A DNA stretch of 64,000 nucleotides from Emiliania huxleyi CCMP1516. Lineage: Eukaryota. Positions 48,709 to 64,000 of this stretch are shown here, piece by piece (position 1 is the first letter of the stretch; every line of letters starts with the position of its first letter). The translations under genes were made by a program, and so were the position numbers. Where the stretch lies: contig NW_005201154.1 of the NCBI RefSeq assembly GCF_000372725.1, positions 180,843 through 244,842 on the forward strand. The letters are read 5' to 3'. The notes beneath the pieces were generated by a model. The model searched no databases and was not told the DNA's origin. It worked only from the letters and a program-made list of their open reading frames with translations.

Positions 48709-49601
48709 GAGGATCTGCTGCGGCGGCGGCACTCGCTTCTGGCAGGCTGGGCCTATGGCTTGTGATCGCGGTAAGCGCAGCCACCTCCGCCGCCCTGCCG
48801 GCGGGGACATGCCGAAATGCGAAAATGTTGCAGGCTTTTCTTTCATGCAAAATAATTAACTGGGAGGAGACAACCCGTAAGCACGACCGTGTGTGCGAGA
48901 ACTGGTCGCATTGGTACGAGCGCGTGCCCGTGTGGCGGAGCCGCGGCGCAGCGCGCAGGCCGCCGGCGCAGCGCGCGGCTCAGCACCGGGCCGAATGCGG
49001 CATGAATTGGTGGAGGCGGCGAGGAACGGCAGGTGAGAGGGCAGAGGCGGGGCTCCTGACACGCGTCCGGCGGCATGACGATCCGCGACGGGGCCGTGCT
49101 CTTGTGTCAACACCACAGGGCGGGCCTGGAGGCGTCGTCCCGAGTTTGCGGCATTGCTGGCATCTTTCTGTGCCGCAAGCAGGCGTCGCCCCGGGCGCAG
49201 TTCGCGCAAGCCACCGCAGGCCGTTTGCCCAGCTCAATTGCAATCAGGCCATTCCTCGTCTTTGCGGCCTCGGCAAACTCCTCATGGCCCCACGAGCGGG
49301 CGCCACCATGGCCGCCAAGCCCAGCCGCCGGCGCCTGTGGCGCGGCAGGCTCGGCAGGCTCGGCAGCAGGTGCGCGCTCAGAAAGCGGCCGGGACTCGTC
49401 ATCGAAAGCTTGCATTGCTAGAGACGCGGAGGTTGGTACAATGTAAAGCTCGAATTGCCCCAAACAAATGAAAGCGGCTTCCGTGACGTCACATTTAGTA
49501 GGGCCGGAGCAGCCAAGCCGGAAGTGATTGACGAGCTCGTGCTGGCAAGCGTAAAAATAGTTTTGGCGTCGCACATCTGCTGGGGGGGGGGGGGGGTCGC
49601 C

Positions 49602-50065
49602 TTCCTTGGCCTTTCCAACCAAGAAGGGTTCCGGCAACCCAGAGGGAAACCAGAGGGTCCCCAGCACTTTGCGTTTCCGGAAGTTTCCAGGGAAACCAGA
49701 GGGTGTTTGGTGCTCCATTCTGTTTCTCTCGAGTTTCCCTCGGGAAACTCGCGAGTTGCTTTGAGTCTGAGAGCTGTTCTGGGGCAAAATCTGAGTGAGG
49801 CAACATTGAGGATGAAATCGGCACGATACCCGGTATTTCCAGGTATACCCGGGGTTTGTCAGGTAGGCAAAATAACCGGTATTTTGCCGATTTTGCTGAT
49901 TTTGGCCCCAAAACAGCCTCAGACTCGGCTCAGAGCCCGGGAAAGTGGATGGTTTCCGTGGAGTTTCCCCAGGAAACTAGAGAGAGGGTGTTGTAGGGAA
50001 ACAAGCAGGAAACACGAAAAGGAAACCAGGTAGGGTGCGAGAGGAAACCCTTGGAAAGGCCAAGA
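49602..50065. mobile_element. MITE of about 464 bp
   Basis: TIR core CTTGGCCTTTCCAA (49604-49617 / 50051-50064). 8-bp flanking repeat GGGTCGCC (49594-49601, 50066-50073). GGAAAC subterminal repeats. Confidence 0.75.
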
Positions 50066-50757
50066 GGGTCGCCACAGGAGTCTACATGCATGCACATACA
50101 GTCTCCACAGGGGCGGTGGCGAAATAGAGAGATAGCAAGAAAAGGATGGTTGTTGCTTTTGAATGAATGAACGGAAAGCCGCCGAGCGAGCGAGCGAGCC
50201 CAGGGCCCCAGGCTGGCGAGTGCGAGTGTATCGGCATCGCAGCGCTCTTCCTTGCTTCCGATAGCAGACGAGCTCGCCCGTGCTGCGAACTGCGCGACGC
50301 AACGGGGTGGGAGAAGGACAGGGTCCCCAAGAAAGAAAGAAAGAAAACAGGCACCCCAAGGGATGTCCGCAAGGGCCAAGGCGCCCGCGTCGCCGACGCG
50401 GTACCACCACCGCGTGTCGTGTCATGAAGCATGATAGATAGAATTAGAAAGCATGAACCACCGAAAGGTCTGATCTCCAAAAAGAACTCTCGGTCTGCCG
50501 CGCGCGCCCGCGCCCCGCCCTTTTGGTTTTGCGCAGCAACACCTTAAATTTCATGGCCCTCCAAATTCGGGTCGGAGCGTAGCGGAGTGGGCCCCGAGTT
50601 TGAAAAAACTTCCGTCCTAGCCTCCAACAACGCCTCCCCGGCGCAGAGGGGCCCCCGGAGGAATGCTCAACCGCCCCACGCCACGTGTGTGAGTGAGTAT
50701 TCTTGATGCGAAACCACGACGACACACACCAGTCGACTCGCATCGGTTGCCTCCATG

Positions 50758-50874
<117 letters not shown>

Positions 50875-50966
50875 CACGCCGCGCTTGCGGCCGCGCGTTT
50901 TTTTTTTCAAGGTAAGGACTAGGCGCCGCACGAGCCCGTCTCGCCGAACAACTCTTACGTCACAAA

Positions 50967-51801
50967 ATGGGGCAGTGGCTGGTGCGCCGTCCTCCCCGCG
51001 CCACGCCTTCGCCGCCCGCACCGCCCCACCTGCGCCCGGCGCAACGCCCATAGGTGGAGTCTTGTGTGAGCGAGAAGTTCAATGCCTGCCGCCGCGCGTG
51101 TGGAGACAGCTCCGTCCCGGCTGCAGAGCTGGCCGATGCGGCCATCGCGCTCATCTCGGTGCCGCCGCCGCCCGGTCGCCCGCCGCCCGCCGCACTCCGT
51201 ACCGCGTCCCATACGCGTCCGCTCCTCCCCTCCGCCGCAGATCTTTGACCTGATCAAAGGCATGGGCATCGCAAAGAGCGACATGATGGGCAACGCCGAC
51301 GTGCTGAAGAGGCAGGCGGAGGCGAACCCGGGCGCATCGGTGCAGGAGCTGATCAAAAAGGAGCTCGAGCAGGCGGACCTCAAGAAGCTCCTCAAGGGGC
51401 ACGAGTTCAAGGATGCGCCCCTTGACGATAAGGGCAAGCCCGTACAGAACGTCTGCGTCTCGATGTTGTGGCTGCAGCGCGCGCTCATCTTTATCTGCGT
51501 GCTGCTCGAGACGCTGCAGACGGAGCCGAAGCTGAAGACGGCGGTGGATGCGGGGTACGCGGCCTCCATCAAGCAGCACCACGGCTTCGTCGTGAAAGGC
51601 GTCTTTGCAGCCGCCTCCAACGCGGCGCCTTCAAAGGAGAAGTTTGTCGGCCTGCTCGCGGATGAGGAGGAGGAGGCGATGAGCGCGATCACGGAGATGC
51701 TGCCCGTGGTCAAGGAGATCCTCAACATCTTGGGGCCCTTTATGAAGGAGATTGGCGCCGAGACGGGGAACTACCCCCCCGGCTACCTCTGCGCCGCATA
51801 G
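50967..51801 (+). CDS. Glycolipid transfer protein (GLTP/HET-C2) domain protein, 3 exons
   Basis: Exons 50967-50981, 51054-51158 and 51241-51801 (GT-AG). Motifs KSDMMGN, MLWLQRALIFI and YAASIKQHHGFVVKGVF. Confidence 0.88.
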
Positions 51802-52996
51802 CCGCCGCCGCCAAGTCTGCGGCCAGCGTGCCCAGCCACGCGAGTAGAGGGAACTACGTGCGTCTGTTGGCGTGGGGGGGGGGGGTATATGCTCGGGGAG
51901 TGTCGGCCAGGGAGTGCCTCGCCAGCTTGCCCCAGCGAGGGAGCGGGAGGGCGGTCGCGGGTCGGCAGAGCGGTCGTGGCCCTTGATGTGCCGCGCTGCC
52001 GCCCGCGCCCGCGGCCCGCGCGCATATCCGGCACGGTTTTCACGCGTGTTCATATGGCGCGCCTTCCTAGTGGCCACGGCCCTGGCTCGATATACGGCTA
52101 TTTAAAAACCCGAGCCGCCTTCTTGGTCATTTTAATAAGGAGGGGCGCTGTGGGGTTTCCTTGGACCTTAACAAACAAACTTCGGCGGCGGCTTCTCGCC
52201 CACCGCCGTTCTCAAGCTGCGCCGCCTCGCGCGCAAAGTCGCGCGCGGCAGCGTCGACCGCACGGCCTACTCGCCCAAGTACTCGCTCTCTTTTATGTCC
52301 CACCATGCAGAGCGCATCTCTCTCTCTGTTGTGCGAGGCGTGAACCGCGCCATTCGCTCTCACCTGGCAACCCTGTCTGCACGTCTCGCGCGCGCGTGAA
52401 CAGGGCTCCAGGCCCCAAATGACGTGTGAGTGTTAGATTTGTTTGGTATTGCTAAAAATCTCTCTCTCTGGACCTTGGACCTTGGACGGCCGGCGGTGAT
52501 TTTCTTTTTTATTATGTCAAAAACCGCATTCCAGCGCTCGCCGAACGAGACAAGTGACAACGCCCATAGCGCATAGGCGGCACGATTACACATCGGGGTC
52601 GGTGGAGGGTGAGTTGACCAGGGGTTGTGCGCCGGGCCCTCCTGCTCGGCTCCAGCGAGTAGACAAGTCTTGTCATCAACCGAATAGAAGGATCTGACCT
52701 CGGGGCCGATGTGACCAAGCGCTGGTGGCGTGGTTTTACCTCACACCCATGGTCTCACAGTGTGCCGGCAGTCGCCGAGCAGTGTCGCTCACACAAGCCG
52801 CAGCACAAGTGACTGAGGGCCAGTGAGGGCGAGCCCATCGCTGTGAAACAGCTGTGGCAGCCGCACAGTAGGCTGTGCCAACTGTGCAGAGCGTGTGAGC
52901 AGCAGAGGAGCTGCTCTCCAGGCTTCTGTCGCAAAGAGCTGCATGCCACCGGAGGCGCTGTCGAGGTTCGCCGAGCGCGGCGCAGGTTGGAGGACA

Positions 52997-53128
<132 letters not shown>

Positions 53129-53914
53129 GTACGGGATGGCCAAGCTCGCGAGCCTGTCCTGGCGCTGGACATGTCCACGACACTTCCCTGACATGTCCCA
53201 CAGGTACGGGATGGCCGAGCTCGCAAACCTGGCCTTCGCGGCCGAGCTGGCGCGGCGGCAGGGCGGGGCGCTGCTCTCGTCTGCGGTCCACTCCGGGGCG
53301 TCGCGGCGAGCGAGATATGTACCCGAGATACACCCGAGATGCACCCGAGATATAGGTCCACCCGGGCGTCGTGGCAAGCGACATGCTCCGGCGCGGCAAC
53401 TTCGAGGCGATGCTTGGGCGGCGGCTCGGCAGCCTCCCCGCCGAGAGATGGCCGAGAGATGGCCGAGAGATGGCCGAGAGATGGCCGAGAGATGGCCGAG
53501 GTTCGTATGGCTCCGCGGCTCGGCAGCCTCCCCGCCGGCCTGGCGATTTCGAAGAGGCGGCGGGCGCGTGTCTGAGTCGAGTGTCTGAGCCGTCCCCGGG
53601 AGTGCCTCGCGTCACAGGAAGTCACAGGTGGCCTCGCCTGGCAGCTGGCGCAGGCGCGGAACGGGCTCTTCGCCTACTCGACCGAGCAGGCGGCGCTCAC
53701 GGTTCTCTTCCCGGCGGTGGCGCCCGAGCTGGCGGGGCGGGCCGACTCGCCGGGAGGGAACGGGCGGCTCTTCGTGCCGGTCGCGACGCCGTGGGAGCCG
53801 CGCCACCCAATGGCAACCGACGAGGCGTTTGGGGCGGCGCTGTGGGGTTTTAGCGAGTGCGTCGTGGCGGGCCGTGCGCACGATTGCAACCGCCGCGCGC
53901 CGCCGCCGCTATGA
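53129..53914 (+). pseudogene. Short-chain dehydrogenase/reductase (retinol dehydrogenase-like) C-terminal exons; N-terminus not found
   Basis: YGMA(K/E)[34 protein letters not shown] and ALWGFSE. Confidence 0.7.
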
Positions 53915-54235
53915 CGGTCACTGAATCTGCGCTGAAGTTCTGACCCATCTCTGTATCTCGATACAAAGAGGGGTACCCGGACGGAGAATCCCCAGCTGCG
54001 GAAACGTAGTGTCGCTCAAGAGAGAGGTGCGATACTGCGGTGGCGTACGATAAGGTGCCTATATGGGCTTCCAGTATCGGACCTTCAAGACATGCGCTTT
54101 TGTTGGCCTCCTCGGACAGGTTCCTTAGGTAGGTAGGTTCCGGCTCCTTGCTTGTTGGCTCGAGAAAAAAATGAAAAGGTGATATTCGCGGTTCGACTGA
54201 CCGGTTCGACTGACCGCCGCTGCTTCGCTTTCCGG

Positions 54236-58909
<4,674 letters not shown>

Positions 58910-59249
58910 CGGCCGGTGCGGTACGGCCGAAACGGGGCACGTTTGCGCAGGCGAGTTCCGTTTCGTCGCGCGGCGGCGAGGGGGTGGGGGGGGGGGATCC
59001 ACTGGCTGGGGGAGGAGCCGGGCTATACGAAGAGGACTGAGGAGGCCAGGCTGTTGTGCGTGCGTGTGGGCTGTGCGTGCGAGGTACACGTGCGGGGAGC
59101 CGGGTGGATGATTGGTGCCGTGGTGCTAGTGGTGGCAGGAAACTAGATGTCAGGAGAGGGCAAGCCCCCCCCGCGCGCTGGCCGTCGTCTCAGAGTCTGA
59201 GCCCTGGCCTCGATATACAGCGGGGCCTCGCTCTCTCTACACCATCACC

Positions 59250-59452
59250 AAACCTCGACACCGACTCGAGACACCTCGACCGCCCATGTGCCAACTCGAC
59301 TCCAACTCGACCAACTCGACACCCCTCGACACCCCTCGACACCATCTAGGCGGAAACCATGCTCGTGTCCGTGTCAAGGTGCCAAACTCGACACCTCGAC
59401 ACACCTCGACACCCCTCGACACCCCTCGACACCGCTCGAACCACTCGACACC
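59250..59452. repeat. Cluster of CTCGACAC-type 10-bp repeats
   Basis: Directly visible. Confidence 0.8.
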
Positions 59453-61008
59453 GCTCATATCCAGCCGGCGGCCTGCCAGCGGCTCTATTCTTGCTTAAAT
59501 CTGACTCCAAAACTTTATAACCCCCCCCTACCCCCCCCCCCCCTCCCTCGCCGCCGGGCCAGCCGCCGTCGAGCCCGCCGAAGCGGCGCTGGCGGCGACG
59601 GCGGCGGCGTCGGCAGGGGAGGCGCCGTGGGAGGGTGCCGCTGCCGCGGCTGCCGCGGCTGCCCCCGCTGATGGCAGCTTTGCTGCCATGCAGATCGCTG
59701 CGAACAACAGGCTGGATGCCTAGGCCCCCACCAGGCCCCCACCAGGCCTGCGCGTTCCAGGCGCGTTCCAACCGGTCCTCTCTCGGACGCAAGCCTCATG
59801 TGTTCTACTGTGGAGGAGTGTGCTGTGGGGAGAGCTAGGGGAGAGGCGAGGATGGTTTCATTGGTTACAGCAGTTCTGCTATTGAGTATAGCCCCGTGTT
59901 CCCGGGCATTCACACTATATTTCGGAGATAATTGGGCGATTATATCCATAAAAGGGATTTCATCCCTTTTTGGTTTGGAGATTCGTGTTTCGGTTTCGGT
60001 TTTTGGTAAATCGTATACAGCACTCTTCGTCGCGATGCGGCCCCTGTCTTTGCTCCTGCTCCTATGCGAGAGCTATGGCATACGCCTATGGCGGGACCGC
60101 TATCGGTTATGGCTTCTCCACCGGCCAGTACGGCCTCGACTACTGCATCGCCGAGGCCGACACCACCATCGGCATGACAGCGTCGACCGCCATTGCACCT
60201 CCAACGTGTGCGCTGCCATGGACAAATCGTGCACTCTATATGCCAGTCACCACCTATGTGCGAGCACAACCCCACTCGAGCCGAAAGATCTGAACAATGC
60301 GTTCAGTCGGTCTCTTCGAGCACGTTCGAGCCTGCCGTTCACGTCGACAATCCAATTCTGAAAATTTTGTCGATAAACTTTGAACTTGGGCCAGAACACC
60401 CCGAGGACATGTACATGTTGTGTGCCTCGCCCCACACGACCTCTCAGGCTATGGAGCACATGCTACAGCCTGCCCCTGAGGCGTCATTCTACATCCTTAG
60501 AGTGCTACACGCACACACTCCACGTCAACCACGTGCGAATGTGAACATGTTCTGTCGTCAACCGAGCTAACCGCCCCAGCGCGGGGCATCGTGGTCACGG
60601 GAGTTGCACACGGCGCACCCAGCACGTGGTGCGGCCACTCCCACGCCGGCGGGGGCACACGCGGTGATGTTTGCATCTGATTTGCTCGCAAAATTGACAA
60701 GTTTGCAGGCAAATTGTCTGAAAATTTGACATTTCAAATCCATAAGAGTGACAGTATGGATTCCGGGTGACACAGGTTGAGCCCTTGCCACAGCGGCACA
60801 GCGGGTCGAGCAGCGGCCAACACCGTCGGCGAAGTATCGGTGATTGATCCCTTCGTCCCATGCTTGCTGGAGGTCGTGGGGCGGCGCACACCACCGTGGC
60901 GGGGCAACTGACAGGATTTGAGCAAAACGTGAAATTCCAGGGTCGAGCATGCTCTGCTAAAACATGTGCCTCCAACAACTGCTAAAACATGTGCCTCCAA
61001 CTCCGAGC

Positions 61009-62106
61009 ATGTTTGGGACCGTCAAGGGAGTCGAGCCACCGAGTGTCGAGCCCCCGAGCGCCTCACCACGCCGTGCCTCAACGAAATGCCTGCTCATCGA
61101 CAGCGTGGCCACCCTGGCGACAGCTGCTGCTCGCGCACACGACGCTGGTCGGATCGTGCTGGTCACGACAAATAGCCTGAAGTGGGCACTGACAGGGCTG
61201 AACGCCATCGCCTTACTACGGGCGCAGGGGTTCGACGGTGTTCTGCACATTACGAGCTCGCAACGTGAGTGTCGCCTCGTCTCAAGGCAGACCGCCGTGC
61301 CAGTTCGTCATTGCGCATGGACCGCGCACGACTTTCTTCGAAACCGTCTCTGGACGCTCGCGGAGCTTGCCCGTCTGCGCTATCAGGTGCTGATGGTCGA
61401 CTCGGATGTGTGCTTCACGGACAACCCGTTCACCTGGCTGCAGCGCCAAAATCGTGCTCTGATTCTGCACGCCAGCGATTTCAACTCGTTCAACCTCGGC
61501 ACCGTCTACGCCGATGGCCGGACAGCCTCGCCCGACCTGGGCCTGCTGAGCTCGGCCGCCACGCGCGTGGAGGAAATACACAGGGCGTTCGTCGCCATCC
61601 GAGAGTCCGGGGTCTACGTTGCTGGCAACGTTGCGTGGGATCAGGCAGTGTTCGCCGACGCATTCGAGGAGTGGGTGACTGGCCGTCCGTGCATCTTGCG
61701 CACGTGCAGGGAACCGGGCGCGATCAAGCAGTGCTTCTGGCGATGCTGCGAAGAGGGCATTCTGGATGGCGCAACGAACGAGTCCAGTGCTGACGCATTA
61801 TCCGCGCGGACGAAGGCCGACTCTGCGGCGCTTGACCGCAGCCGGGGCATCCTGGCAATCGAGTTTGCAAAATGTAGTAGCCCAGCTGGCATCTACCATC
61901 ATGCGACATGCGCTAGTAGGATCCCGACGGCCAAACCCTATTCGTACTGGCCCAGATGGTCGATCCAATGGCTCGGAGGGAACTGCTGGCACAGTTCGCT
62001 GACGACGCTCGCGGAGCGGTGGGGCGTCAAAGAGCTCTGGGGCGACGTCAACGTGCGCAACGATGCTGCGCCCGAGCCTGACGACTCAGCCGAGCTTGTG
62101 GACTGA
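61009..62106 (+). CDS. Nucleotide-diphospho-sugar transferase (GT77-like), intronless; start uncertain
   Basis: LARLRYQVLMVDSDVCFTDNPF (DxD), FNLGTVYA and WDQAVF. Confidence 0.75.
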   Translation: MFGTVKGVEPPSVEPPSASPRRASTKCLLIDSVATLATAAARAHDAGRIVLVTTNSLKWALTGLNAIALLRAQGFDGVLHITSSQRECRLVSRQTAVPVRHCAWTAHDFLRNRLWTLAELARLRYQVLMVDSDVCFTDNPFTWLQRQNRALILHASDFNSFNLGTVYADGRTASPDLGLLSSAATRVEEIHRAFVAIRESGVYVAGNVAWDQAVFADAFEEWVTGRPCILRTCREPGAIKQCFWRCCEEGILDGATNESSADALSARTKADSAALDRSRGILAIEFAKCSSPAGIYHHATCASRIPTAKPYSYWPRWSIQWLGGNCWHSSLTTLAERWGVKELWGDVNVRNDAAPEPDDSAELVD

Positions 62107-62624
62107 TTCTAAGTAATTTGCTTGACATGTGACGGTTGTACGTGACGCTCCAAAACGCTCCAAAACACGCTCTAGCACGGTCCAACACGCCCCAACCGCG
62201 CCCCACACGCTCTATAACACGCTTTTCAACACGGTCAGGTCACGGCCCAACACGGCTCTACACGGGTGGTACTGCTACTGGTAGAAGAGCGTAAGTTTTA
62301 GTGCAGAAAACTTACGTGTAGTCCGCAGAACTACGAGTGCCATCAAGTCTCAATGCAGGCGGCCGGCGCGGCTGCCTTGGCTACGAGCGGCGAGAGCGCT
62401 ATCTCTCAGCGCAGAGCAGAGCAGCATCCCAATTCTGAGCTGCCCTGCCCGCAACTAGACCCTTGGGAAGTCGGCGCGCCGTGCTCTTTGCGGGCGGCTA
62501 CTTTACGATGGTGATGATGTGGCGGCGGCGGGACAGGCTCGAGGCGACACGGATCGATACACCATTTGCGAGCATTTGCGAGCATTTGTTTCTCTCCGAG
62601 TACCGAGAACCGCCGCCGTCATCA

Positions 62625-62758
62625 CACCACGTCACATGACGGGTTCATGATTGGGGATGGCCTATTTGCTGTAGACAGATCACACACCAGTCACCACGTC
62701 ACATGACGGGTTCATGATTGGGGATGGCCTATTTGCTGTACCTGTAGACAGATCACAC
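62625..62758. repeat. Tandem duplication of about 65 bp
   Basis: CACCACGTCACATGACGGGTTCATGATTGGGGATGGCCTATTTGCTGTA occurs twice. Confidence 0.9.
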
Positions 62759-62825
62759 GACCCCAAAGAGCGGGGCCTCCCTGGTCCCACCTGAACCCGC
62801 ACCGCGGCCCGGTCTCACTCCCTCC

Positions 62826-63440
62826 TCACTTGGCAGGGACAAACGCCATGGCGCCCGCGTTCATGCAGTAGCGCTTGCCCGTCGGCTTGGGGCCGTCGTT
62901 GAACACATGCCCAAGATGCGCGCCCGAGGCGGCGTCAATCACCTCCGTCCGAATCCCACCCATCATCAGAGCCCGCCGCGCGTCAGCAAGATCGCCTGGG
63001 TCGAGACGCTCAATCACGCCACCGGGCACCGGCGCGGAGAACGAGGGCCAGCCCGTGCCGCTGTCGTACTTGGTCTCAGATTCGAACAGCGCCTTGCCGG
63101 AGAGAGCACCTACCCAAGTTCCCTTCTCCTTCACGTCCCACGCGTAGCCGTTTACCGTCTTGCCCGTGAAGGAGCGCTCGGTCGCAGCGTCCAGAGAGAT
63201 GGCCCGCTGAAAGTCGGTCAGCTTCTCCGCCGCACGGAGAACCTCCTCCTTGGGCAGGGAGCCCTCGCCGGCGAAGGCAAGCGCCGGCTGCGCCGAGCAG
63301 GCTGCGGCGGCGGCAGCGGCAGCGGCGCATGCACCCTGCGAGATGACGCCGCGGCGGCCTGCCACAACGGCGGGCCTCAGACCAAAGGCCTCGGCTGGTA
63401 AAGCGGCGAGCGCGACGACGAGCGCGTTGGCGGCGAGCAT
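62826..63440 (-). CDS. msrB: Peptide methionine sulfoxide reductase B, plastid-targeted
   Basis: ATERSFTG, LFESETKYDSGTGWPSF, RTEV...HLGHVFNDGPKPTGKRYCMN. Confidence 0.95.
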   Translation of the reverse strand: MLAANALVVALAALPAEAFGLRPAVVAGRRGVISQGACAAAAAAAAACSAQPALAFAGEGSLPKEEVLRAAEKLTDFQRAISLDAATERSFTGKTVNGYAWDVKEKGTWVGALSGKALFESETKYDSGTGWPSFSAPVPGGVIERLDPGDLADARRALMMGGIRTEVIDAASGAHLGHVFNDGPKPTGKRYCMNAGAMAFVPAK

Positions 63441-63735
63441 AGAGATCCCGTTGCCGACAGACGCAGAAGCCTGGCGGTCGGTGCCCGTGCATAAAGAAAA
63501 TTTATGATTCATCTGCAAGAAATGCACGCCTTCCGAGCGGGGCGGGGTCCTCACTCTCCCTCTGTGTTCGTGTGCGTCGCCCATCTCTCCCTGGAGATGA
63601 CTGCTCTATTTATTTATTTATACTCCCTCGCCCAACCCTGAGCAGGACTGGCGTGCACTAAAGAATTCTGCGATTTTTTTTTCTTCTCATAACTCCCATA
63701 ACAAGCTGTGAAGTGTAACGCGCGGTTCCGCTGCG

Positions 63736-64000
63736 ATGACGGGGACCTCGTCCGTTTTGCACAGCGCGAAGGGCGGGCGCGTGGGCCTGGTCAATGTGGG
63801 GAACACGTGCTTCATGAATGCGGCACTGCAGTGCTTGAGCCACACCGACAGCCTCACCGCCTACTTCCTCCGCGGCGAGTGGATGCACGAGGTGAATGAT
63901 ACGTCGAGGGATGGATCTGGCGGAGCAGTCGTGCGCGAGTACTCTGCCCTGCTCGAGCGTCTGTGGGTGGGCGAGGCGAGCACGCACAAGCCGGCAGCCT
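63736..64000 (+). CDS. Ubiquitin-specific protease (C19), N-terminal part; runs off the window
   Basis: Cys box GLVNVGNTCFMNAALQCLSHT..L..YF. Confidence 0.9.
   Translation, partial: MTGTSSVLHSAKGGRVGLVNVGNTCFMNAALQCLSHTDSLTAYFLRGEWMHEVNDTSRDGSGGAVVREYSALLERLWVGEASTHKPAA

Overview
GC-rich, intron-rich eukaryotic genomic DNA with three N-gaps. The 10-13 bp tandem repeats inside introns, frequent GC splice donors and bipartite plastid-targeting leaders point to a haptophyte, probably Emiliania/Gephyrocapsa huxleyi (inference). Recognisable genes: a plastid phosphate translocator, NSRP1/CCDC55, a class I/II aminotransferase, an F-box-like/RCC1-repeat protein, GT32 and GT77-like glycosyltransferases, CCT2, a hydroxylysine kinase-like protein, a GLTP-domain protein, MsrB, the start of a USP, and fragments of a sulfatase, an S46 peptidase and an SDR. 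Mobile DNA: two copies of a 2.2 kb TTAA-flanked Kolobok-like element (one holding two nested hAT-like insertions, one of which carries a zinc-finger/chromo-like ORF), MITEs, a TG..CA insertion inside a probable non-LTR remnant, and a (TTTC)n-tailed SINE-like repeat. The most striking pattern is an apparent intron-making process. Many introns consist of an 18-32 bp duplication of adjacent exon sequence around a short filler. Some fillers recur: a 40-bp unit found in 4 genes, and a 36-bp AT-rich unit found twice in opposite orientations. Gene boundaries are read by eye, and exon structures are partly inferred.
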